A stretch of 32,796 bases of DNA from Barthelona sp. PAP020 (taxonomy: Eukaryota), in contig JARQWU010000100.1 in the NCBI GenBank assembly GCA_040182905.1, positions 1-32,796 of the forward strand, given 5' to 3'. Below are positions 17,501 to 29,500 of this stretch, one piece after another; the stretch's first letter is position 1, and the number at the start of each line of letters is the position of its first letter. The notes under the pieces are model-generated. The model was not told the origin of the DNA. It saw only the letters and a program-made list of their open reading frames with translations, and did not search any database. The translations under genes were made by a program, and so were the position numbers.

Positions 17501-20500
17501 AGTTATTACTTTCTGCTTGAATGTATCTAAATCAAATGACAAATCAATGCAATGATATGGAGATGTCATTTCATGAGTCAATAGATACTTAAATTTGTGC
17601 AATTGATTTGATGAAGTTAGACGGACGCACAATTGAGTCTTGGGAGAAACGTTGATAGTACGTTCTTGAACACCATCATTGAAAACTAAAGTTTGAACTT
17701 TATGAGAATGATGAGCTTCAAGAACAATTTCGGTAATTCTTCTTAACAGATTTGCCTTCTCCAATATAATCTCCTCAGGAATGATGATCAACGCATTTTG
17801 ACCCAAATATTTATAGATCTCATCGAAGTTCTCGATGTTCTTAGTGGTCACATTAATAGAAGCCAATGAGGGAACCAAAATATTGGAAGGATCAGATACA
17901 ATGATAGGATGATGCTTAATCAAAGATTTAATACCCGTCAAATTAAAATAAAATAGCTTACAGTCCTCAAACTCATGAGAAAACAAAATATCTGGAGGAT
18001 CTTGTTGATACAAAGTTTTCCAAAACTTTGACAAAAACTTTGATAATTGGTTTGAATCTAAATCCTTCTTCATAATATCGAAAATATTATTTTGTTGGAT
18101 ATGATGACAAGAAGACACAAACGTGGTATTTAATGCAAAACTGAATGAAATACGTTGAGTTTCACTTAACATTTGTTCAGAGGGTTTAAGAGTAGTCACA
18201 AAATCAGTCAATTGTTTGACTAATTGATGGAGAGTGTTAAAATCTGCTTGAATCCTCTTTCTATCTCTTCTCAATCCTTCTAATTCAGCCAAAGCTACTT
18301 CTAACTCAACTCTTATTTTGGATACAATCTGTTCTTGTTCTTGTAGCTTGACAGAAACCACAGCTAATTCTTTATGTTGAGCATCTTTATCAATATGCAA
18401 CTGCTTTAATTGATCTTTCAACGATCTCAATTGCAGTACATTACCTGCAGCCTGTGCAACCATCTTCAACACTCTCAATAAAGGTACGCATGAAGGGGCA
18501 TGTGTTGACAATTCTGCTGGTGAAAAATGAGAGGAAGCATCAATCGTCACAAATTTCTTTAAGATTGCAGCATCAAATTCTAACAGCTTGTCATAAGTAG
18601 GCTTTCCTGACGTTACATTGATAAATTCGAATAATTTGGCATAAGAATTCTCTTCAACAATTTTCTTGAAACCTTCATAGGCTAAATCAAAATTTTCAAT
18701 CAATTCAACGTTCTGTTCATTAATTAAAGCACAGAATAAGATCATATCGTTTCCTAATAACCAAGAAGGTTCGTCATCATGACAATCAATCAATCTTGTT
18801 AGCATATTGCTGAATAAATGCTCAGATCTATTGAAATTTTTCAAAATACGGTCACATATGTGTTTTAAATCACCTTCCAATAATTGAATGGAAGTACGCT
18901 TTTGCATATCATCAGCATTAAACTCAGGGAATTTCTTTGAAATAGCATTATGCTTTTCAGATATAGCAACAAATAATGCTGAGTTTTCAATCAATCGTTC
19001 CGTAATGTCATTGATTGTATCATCCTTATTATCGATGCTTGATTCTAATACTGTGATACTTTCTTGTAGTTCAGACACATGTTTACTGATTAATGTAATA
19101 TTAGATAATAAATCAACATGTCTCTTGTGTTGAGAATCAGCAAAATCAGTTAATTTACTGAAATACTCAGAGGCAATTTCAGCAACAGTAACAATCAAGC
19201 TTAGATCACTCAAATTAGCACTCAAAACATCACATCCAGGTTCTCCTAAAGGATGATGATACAAATCTTTCAATAAACGTCCTTCTTCAAATTCTTTCTC
19301 GGATGACTGTTCAATTAATTCAAAAGTTTTCATTTTATTGAAAAATTGCTCTAATTCACCATCAACTTCAGGCTTTTGTTCATTAATTACAGAAGAAATT
19401 AGTTTTTCTGGATTTTTCTTTTTATCCTTTATTGTTGTGGAATTTCTACGATTCTTTTTAGCATTACTACCACCCATACGCTTATCTTTACTTTTTGGTG
19501 TATCCATTGACATTTGAGGTAATAAATTATCAGTAATCGTGTCAGATTTAGATATTTCTAATGTAGGTGCTGTCAAATTACCATATTCAGTTCGATAATA
19601 CGATTTTCCTTGTAATTCCATCAGATTTAAGGTGGTATTCAATAGATCTTCAACTACATCATCTACGTTCTTTCCATTAAACAATTGAATATTATACTTC
19701 ATGAAAACACCCAACAGTTCTTTTACTTCTTCAATATAAATTGGGAAAAAATGTTTAACATGTAATAAAGGCACAGACATTGATAATAATTTGTTACTAT
19801 ATATGGTGTATAATTGTACAGCATATCTATAAGCCTCTGAATTGATATCAAACAGTAAAATCACTTTAGCATTCATTTCAGACTTGGTAACCTCCAATAA
19901 TAATCTTTTTTTCTGTTTATCAGTCCATCCAATGAAATCAATTTGACGTACTATCAAAACGCAATTCCTTACTGTTTGTAAACACTTGATAATCTCTTCA
20001 AAATCAACATAATTACAAGCCAATATTGGTTTCAATTGATTATATCTGGCAGCACAAATGAAAATTCCAAAAATTATGTTGATGACAATAAGATAAGGAC
20101 TTTCAACGTTTGTAAAATCATGTAATCCAAAAATAATCGGTTTTTCATCCATTTGTAAATATGCTACAGCAGAAAATATAGCAAACTTCAAATCATACTC
20201 TGAATAACATTGACAATATTGTTTCATCTTAGGTGCCAATTCAATAGCTTCATAGAATACTTCATCCATAGCCAACAACTCAAATAAACGCTCACCATTA
20301 GCATTATTACTTGAACCAGAAGTGTTACTATCAATGAGATTTTCATTGGTTCCAGAAATGCCATTATTCTCACCGGTAGAAGTCGAATGGAACAAAGGAA
20401 TCTTGAAATTACACATCAATTCGATAGAAAGATTCAACGGTAAACATAATTGCTGGTTGATTTTGTCAAATAATTCTTCAACTTTTTTAACATCAGCTAA

Positions 20501-23500
20501 TTGTAGTACAATAGATAATGAAGAACAAAAAACACCAACAATATCACTAATATCACAAACGGGCAATCTCCAAAGATTATATAAAACAAAATGTACGTCT
20601 GAATTTGTAATAGGAACATTGCTAATTTTATGGATCTTTGGTAATGCTTTGAAAAGCATTCTGATAGAATTAATCAATCTAGGCATGACATTTAAAGATA
20701 TTTCTTGCTTAAAATTACGATTTGCACTGAATACTGCAGGTAAAGTTAATGAAACAACACTTTGTGAAGCAATATTTAGATCGTTAACATCAGCACTAGA
20801 ATCGACTGTTTGTAACTCAACAAAAATAGGGAAAGTTTTGGAGAAGAATCTCTTTTCTAAATTTCCAATACCAGTGCCTGTTACACTACCAATAGGGAAA
20901 GTCTTTTCAAAGGTAATTTCGGTCAATTCATCATTAATACAAATATGTTCGACAACTAACTTCTTCAATAATGTAATTCCAGACAATTCCCCTTCATTAT
21001 ATGTGTCTGAAAACAGATTAATGTTATCTAACTTCAAAACAAACAAGTTTAACATGGAAACAGTGGAAGGAGAATAAGAATTCGTTGAGTTGGAATGGTA
21101 AAACTTTTCAATTTCCTTGAATAAAGTTTTGGTGTGATCAGACGTTAATTTTAAAGTAGCTACACCAGCTTTGGTTTCGGAAAATAACGATTCCAATGTG
21201 GAGGATTTACCAGATTGATACCCTCCAAAAATCAAAGGAAATACAGGATTGGTGACGAATGGTGAACTACGTGCAGATATTAACATTCTCATCAACAATT
21301 CTATGCTATAACTCTCAGGTGTATGAGGAATCAGGTTTCCTAGTTGTTTTATAACCTGCTCTGAACCTGAATTTTCGGGAACTGCCGGAATGTTAAAATC
21401 TGGAACCAACATTGACACTAAATTCCATTCTGATGTGGCTTCATCTAAAGAATAACTTAAAAGATCAATTCCAGCATTATTCATAATATCGTCAGGTAAA
21501 GCATTATCTAATTTGCTTTGTTTTCCAGCTAAAGAAGAGTTAATTGTACCATGTGAAGAGGATTGAATAAAACTATTAATTTGTTTCATTAATTCTTCTG
21601 GCATACCAGGAATCTTGAGTCCAATGGCAAAGAAAATTCCTACCTTAGTTCTACATTCAACAGGAACTGGTCTACAAATACTGTTAAATAAAGCGTATAA
21701 GAAAATTCGATGCACAGTACGTACAGGTAATGGTAAAGAGAAAGCACCTGAAGAACCAATGAATTGGTGGATTAAGGATCCTATCAAAGCACACATGCAT
21801 CTAGCTATTTGAAATGGTGAAATGGTTTCATAATAATAGACATCCAAAGGAGAATTTTCAGTATAAACCAAAGAATATGCTATAACGAAATATTTTTGGA
21901 ACAATTGACGTAATAAATGTGCAGTACTGGCTTCATGTAAATCTTGAACACTATTAACTAAATTTTCAGGATACCAACTTTCATCAACTTTGATAAATAA
22001 AGATTCTGGTTCAACAAAATTCAAAGTCATATGAGATTGTTCACTGGAGAATATTCTGGAAATCATTTCATCAACAACATGTTCCCAATTAACACCTTCA
22101 TTGTACAAGATAGGTGGATATGGTGTGTTGAAAACAGCATTTTCACCATTTTCAAAAATAATGGAAAAAGAACTGCTAGACTTTGGTTTTTCCAAAGCAA
22201 ACTTTCTTAAATAAAAGTGACAATTATTATTAATCCAATAATTAAATAAAGGAATAATGGTTAAAATAGTTTTTTGAGACTCTAATTTCTCAAATACAGG
22301 AACTTGAGAAAATACAGCATGTTTATGAATTCTAAAGTTCTCACACAACTTTTCATGCAGATCATCAGTGACTTTGGAAACTACACCCTTAAACAAATCA
22401 TTGTAAGACTCGATACTAAATCTCTGATGTATGGAATGAGATCCTTTTCTCAATCGTTCAATAATCTTAATCACCACTGCAACTGAAGCTGACTTTCCAC
22501 TGAATTCTTTTCCTCGGGTACTGATGACTGTTGAATTCGCACAGACAGTGAAACAACAAATGGTGTTTCGAATGAAATGGGCACCTAAGCTGTTAAAACC
22601 AAATTTATCTGCTTCTTCTCCTATCATTCTAGTCATAGGTATTTTCAAAAATGAATGATTAGCTGCTTTCAATCGATGCAATGATTTTGGTAAATTATCA
22701 GAGGAAACTATTTCATATTGACGTCTGGTAACAAATGTCAAAGGTTTTAGTTTTGGTGCATCATCAGGTCTCAATAATGGATGCAAGGAATAATAGAACC
22801 GATCATTTCGTTTGATGAGACATCCAAAGATATCCTGTATCATTGCATGAGCCTTTCCACAATCGTCATTCCAGACAACATTCTTCTTGATTGTTTTATT
22901 GCTACCACCACGTTGGGTAACAGGTTTTTCATTATTCTTAGCGTCCAAGAATCTGTTTGAATCGAAATATATTTGTAGTTTGTTTGCTTCAAACAAGTAA
23001 GGGAAAGACTTATTAACTTGTCTGATAGAACTTTCATAGGACTGCAGAGCTTCCAAACGTTGGTCCAGTGAAGTTTTACTGGAGACAGTATATGAGAGAT
23101 TAACATATAAGAATCCAGCAAGTAACTGATTTTCGTAAGCAGCATATGCCATCATTGATTGAGGTATAGAAATTTTCCCTGCTCTTCTCATTGAACAAAT
23201 ACGACTATTGTATGTGTTTAGAGCTTCCATGTTTATTGAAGGTAATTCTGGATCGCAATATTTAAATAAACTTGCACTTTCAATTAAGTTATTGACAGCT
23301 GTTAATTGAAGATCGATCTCCATCAATCCTTCAAAATATTTTAACACTTCATTAACTTTTGGTGCCAATTGAATATGGGAAATAAACCCAGATCTACCTA
23401 ACAACATCGAAATCAAAGCTTCTCTGTCAGGGTTTATGGTATTGATTGGTCTCATCATTTCTGAAAACTGTTCGTGAATTTCATCCTTATCATCAAATAT

Positions 23501-26500
23501 AGAACTGTTAGAAATGAAAACACCAAAGGAGGGATTAATAGATAAAGGCAATTGGAACGCAGGATGCACCAGTTCATTATCATCAATATCAATTGAATGA
23601 ACCAAACGATTCAAAGTAACCAAAATGTTGAGATACTCGGGATTCAAAAATTCAATTCCAACGAAATGGATGATACTGCCTAAGGTATAACTAGAACATA
23701 ATAAACGATCAATGATATTGGGGTCAATGTTCACGGCAAAAACGGTTTCGTGATTTTTACCAAGAATACTGGCAAGTAATCCAACCAAACTCTTGCGTCC
23801 ACTACACACTTGCGGTAAATAACCAACAGTATTGGTAACAATACAAGAAGCCAAACCATTCAATGATTCAACAATAGCTGGAGTTAAAACTGGATGTTGA
23901 ATGAATGGGTCCATAGTGAATTCAACCTCTTCATCATTAGCCTTCTGTCTTAATCTTAAACCCATAAATTCATTTGAATAATAGAACGGTCCATTAGGGC
24001 CAATAGATACTGTGACATTATCTTGTCTACTCCAATGATATCTGATCTGAGAATACCAACTGGATTCATAAACACTTTTTGTTCGTTCATTCAGTAAAGT
24101 ATCAAAGATATCACGATAATATAACGCCCAACCCAAAATATACTGTAATTTTGCTCTTCCTAATTCATTAGAACAAATATTAACCAGATTAATTGGTAAA
24201 TCTTCATTATTAACATGACATAACACAGCAAATATTTGAGATAAAATATGTTGGTTTTCATTGGTGAAATTCTCCAAAGATAATCTGTCATGTTTTAATG
24301 TTTTGAGCATTTCATCGATTTTATTGGTCATTTGAATATTATGTATTAATCCAGCTATCTGTGCAGGTACATCTCCTAAAATATCAAAGAAACTTGTTTT
24401 TTCAGCCTCTTTCAACATTTGTGCCACACATAAATTCATGCTATTTACCATGCTATCACATAATTCATTCAAAGCAACGTCTTTTGGTGGAACAAATGTT
24501 TCTCTTTCCTCTTCATTGTCTTTAAATTCATCAACAGATATATGGAAATCGATGATTAACTTAACAGGACGATCTAAGACTAGATTCTCACCAGAATTAC
24601 ATTTTAATCCAATAACCATCTCAGGATTGGTCTTATCCAACATCAGTTCATCAAATCCAGGGAAACCACATCTGGCAATAAGTTTTTGAAGTTTGGCAAC
24701 ATCATTAGAACCAAGGATACCATATAAAGCAATGATGTCTTGATCACTAAAGCTGAATAAACGGTTGCAACGTAACCTCTGACTGGTCAAAAACTCAGTT
24801 AATCTCATATTCGATGTAATTTCATTCATCTTTTGAATTAAGAATTCAGGTTCTCTTCTAAAACTTAAAGAGTGTCTGTAACTCTTACAGAACGTAGGTA
24901 ACAACAGATATTCATGTAATTCCAATTGTTGTAACAATTTATTCCATAAAGTATGCAAACGATGATAGATATCAACTTGTTCTTGGAAAGATCTTCTCAA
25001 AGAAGGAATTTTCGTTATGTAATTCATGAATAAAACTGTCAATTCAACATTTTTCGTTTGTAAGGTGGATAACACATCTAAATTCAATATTAGATGCTTT
25101 AAGATCATAGATGCTTTTGTTAAATTAGCTTGTAAATCAGCAATCATTGATTCAACAAAGTCAGCATGGGCAGGGAAATCCAATCCACCTAACATGGATG
25201 TGGCTTTACCAATATCGCGTTGTTGATTTTGCAACTCTTCAATTATTTGGGTTAATCCAGTTGTTTCTAGAATCTTAAAGTTTATTACACTATCTGATTC
25301 TACAGCAACAGCACGACATGTAGCCCAATGATGGTCAATTTGTTCCAACATCTTGGTAACATCAGAACAAATAGGTGACACTTCAACAGCTACTTTTACT
25401 AACGCAGTACCAACAGGTTGGAATAAATGATAAGAAACCAATGAACGGATTGACAGATTGGCAAACTCTAAATTTAACGTAGTCAAGGTTTTAGCAGCAC
25501 CATGAGATTGACTTTGCTGGTGAATATGTGCAACACAAGCGTTATGTAGCAAACATTGCCATTGTGCTGCTGACATGTTAGAATCTTTTAATTTCTTCAA
25601 AAGGGGTAACATGTGCTCCAATTTTTCAATGAATTGAAGCGTCTCAATGATAAGAGGACTTTCTTTTGAAACTTCCACAGCTTTTTGCATCTGATTATTG
25701 AATAAGTCTTCATATTTCTTCTTTAAAGTCTCCAACTCATCAACCATTACCGATAAATCGGCATTTTGTAACGAAGAATCTAACAAAGTAATGTGAAGGG
25801 TCTTACAACGTCCATGTAACTCAACTATTTGACCAATGAAAGTAATTATGCTGTCAATATTATTAAATTCACCTCTTTCCTTAAAGTTAGACAAAAAGAA
25901 AAGTCTAGATCCCATTTCGACCAATTCTATTTCGGTTTTGATAGAATCTAAGGAAGATTCCAACACTTGATATTGTTTCAAAGCTTCATCAACGGTTAAT
26001 GAAGGATGTAATGGTGATCTTGAATCCAAATCAGCTTGAATTCGGGGTAAATCAACGTGTAAACGTTTTTCTCTTTGATGAACATATGAGATCAAATCAG
26101 GAGCTGCATTTTCAAGTTTCTTTTCAGCACTGAAAAGATAATCATGCAGACCTGTCCAAATAGTATCCAAAGATAAAATCAAAAAGGCTTCAACTGCCAC
26201 AGAAGCAACTTCATCAGGTTTAATTACATCTTTTTCTTCTTCGTCATCACTATTTTCGTTGATGGCTTCATCTAATTCATCAAAACGATGACTACCTTTA
26301 GTTGAACGTTCTTCTTCAACAATATCTTGTAAATTATCTTCTTGAGGATTCTCAATCAAAAGATCGACATCTAAAGTGTAATTTTGTGTAGTTTCTTGCC
26401 TTACCAACCAACCTCTCCAAATTCGTTGAATAGTTAAAGCATGAGCCTCCATTTCCTCTCTAACTGCTTGATCCATTGAAGAATAATCTACAGCGGATAT

Positions 26501-29500
26501 TACTGAACCCTTTTCATCAGTATAATTAGATAAAAATGATGCTTGAGAATTCTGTCTTACAGATAATCCACCAGAGATTAAAGAAACTCTTGATCCCAAT
26601 AAAGAACGTTCCTCCAATTCACTGCCAGATATATAACTCTCAGTATAAGTATCAAACACTTGAGGACCTTTACCAGCATCAACCCCCAACATGTTGAGTG
26701 GAGAAAGCATTTCACCGGTAGCAAAATTTTGAGAAAATTTTAAATGAATTTCTCCTGCAGAAGCAACAAATTCGGGAGGAATACCGACCCCAAACTTTTG
26801 TAATAGAGAATAGAATGATCTGATATCATTCATTCCCAACTCAATATCGACCGATTGTTCTTTAAAATCCATAATTTTATGGGCCAATAAATCATAAGAA
26901 GGCAAATCAGAAATAGAATAATCAGCGCAAAATTCTCGCAAGAATTCATCACAAACCTTGAGAATTTGGATCATTTTACCATAAAGGAAATGTCTAACGG
27001 GTGCTACATAAGCGGTCATGGCCAATTGTAATTCTGAGAGTAGAATGTCTTTCTCATGTGACATTTCAAAGGCTAAGGTACCATTCGAATGTTGAACAAA
27101 AACAATAGAGGGTAAATTCCATATTTGTTCTCTAACTTGTCTAAATTTCAATAATCGAACTTCTAACTCTTCTGGACTTAACTTTTCCACATTGATTTCA
27201 TCAACGTCTACATCGAATGAAGAAAAGTTATTCTTTATTATCGAGTAAATGGCGTCATTATCTTGTTTAAGATATTTCCCCACAGAATTTAAAATAGAAA
27301 GAGGTTTGATAAGACTGGAAAGATTTAAACTCAAATTCCAACTTTTACAAACTTCTAAAGAACCATTGATAATTTGCTTCAAAAACTGTTGCAAATCACC
27401 AGTAAGACTCTCGATATTACCCAAAGCAATATGCACAATGACATTATTACGTTCAACTTTTTTGTTATAATCGTACAAAGCTCTAATTTTCTTTTCTGCA
27501 CCTAATCTTTCAATAGGATCAAAACTTCTCAATAATAATGGATCAAAGACCTCCTTAACTTTTAAAATGGAATTTAAAATGGAGAAAGTAATTGCTTCAC
27601 TCAACAATTTCACAAATAATCCTTGTAATTTTGCAATAGCTGGAGAATCTCTAGCAAAGTGTAACAAACCTTCAAATCCACCATAAAATTGCTCGATTAA
27701 AAATTGCAATGTCTTGTGTTGTTGTAAACAAAACTCACTCTGATGAATAAAGAATCGAGTGTTTGAAATGGCAGAATAATCATTACCATCAATGGTAGTT
27801 GAACGCATTTCAGGATCGTTCATCAAACTATAACTATAATTTTCATCAAAAAATCGTAATTTGCTGATACTGAGTATTGTTAAATAAACTTTTGATCTCA
27901 AAATATTCCTAGCAAAATCAATTTCATTCGAAATATCTTGCAAACTATCTGCACATGACTCAAAAAAAGGTGAAATGTTGAAGGAATTCCAAGTTAATAT
28001 AGTAGTTGCAGGTTTCAAAGTCTCATCTAAGTTATTAATTTTCTTTGATAAAAACGCAATTAAAACCTCATCTAAATCACCTAATAGATCATTTAAAGAA
28101 TCCAATAAATATTGAATCTGTGAATGGGTTGTTTGGAAACGTTCTTGTTGGTCTAAAAATGAAACAACACTGTTAGAGGTCTCAAACTTTTGAAAAATAT
28201 AGTTTGCTTCTTTAAATAACGTTTTCATCTCAATAGGTCGACACAAATTCAATTTGTGGTTTTGACGCACTAATAATGGGTTGTTCACAATTTCTTTTGT
28301 TTCTTCAAAATTCCTCAACCAAGAAACTGCAAATAAAGTTTGATATTCAACCAAAGTTGACATCAAACCATTATAACGTTTAACCAATCTCCTAGCACGT
28401 CCTTGAGGTATCAAACTGGAAGTATTAGCATCAGATGATAAAAATTTGGTAAACATTTGCATGGGTATTTCGATTAGTCGAATTAATGAATCACTCCATT
28501 TTAGTCTTTGTACAACTGGAGCTTCGTTTCGACCAATTTCTGGAGATTGTTTTTGACGTTCATATTTTCTAGCCGTTTGTTCAAGCAAATTCTCAAATTC
28601 ATTCAAAACCATATCCATTTGAATGTCTAGAATGCTACGAACAATTGTTCGATCAGCTAGAACAGCAAATTTCTCCAATAATGCTATTTGTTTAACCAAT
28701 GTTCCAGATTCTGAAGAAGAAAACATTACAGGTATCCTTTCTACCAATTCTTCTTCAAATGCTGTTAAAGCTTTTCTAAAAACATCACTTTGTGCTTTAA
28801 AATCAACATCAACATCAAAAGGATCAACAGTAGAGACTAATAACATGTCCAATTCTTTTTTAAGTTCAGAATAAGACAATATTGTTCCATTCAACGTAGG
28901 TAAATTATCAAATAAGGTCAAATAACATAAAACAGACTCTAGTAACTTAAAAATAAATACTACACGATTCAAAAAAGGATTTAACTCATCAAAAGCATCA
29001 GCAAACATGGATATTGCATCTTCTTGTGAAAAAGTTTGAGAAAAATGAAATTTAAAACTTTCCAAAAGATCTTTCAATTCAATTAATAAAGTGATTTTCT
29101 CCTTTAATTTATCTTTCGCTAATAACTCAGATAACGTATGGTTGCTCTGTTTGAAGATACAATAAGTACAGAACGACCTTAATAACGTGGCAACTTTGGT
29201 TAGTAAGTTCAAAAAATTTTCATCTGTTTGACAAAATTTTGAATGTGCCTGAATGCTACGTAAACATTCGACTATGTTTGAAAGGTTTGTTTTATCGGGT
29301 ATTACAGGATTTTCACGTTCATAAAACATACACAATAATTTATCAAGATTTGTTAAGCCCTTTACAGCATCTTTTGCTATTAAAAACGCTTCAGATAATT
29401 GTTGATCCGTATTTCTCCATAATCTTAGTAAAGATGATCTATTTAACGAAATAACAGCTATTACACCTCTAAAAGGTCGAGTTTTTAATTGTTGTTGTAC

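Noticed and set aside
20322..21077. 251-aa plus-strand ORF and the other short ORFs antisense to or nested in the large genes
   Set aside because: They overlap long genes, mostly codon-aligned on the opposite strand, are Ser/Phe/Ile-rich, and have no motifs. These are typical shadow ORFs.
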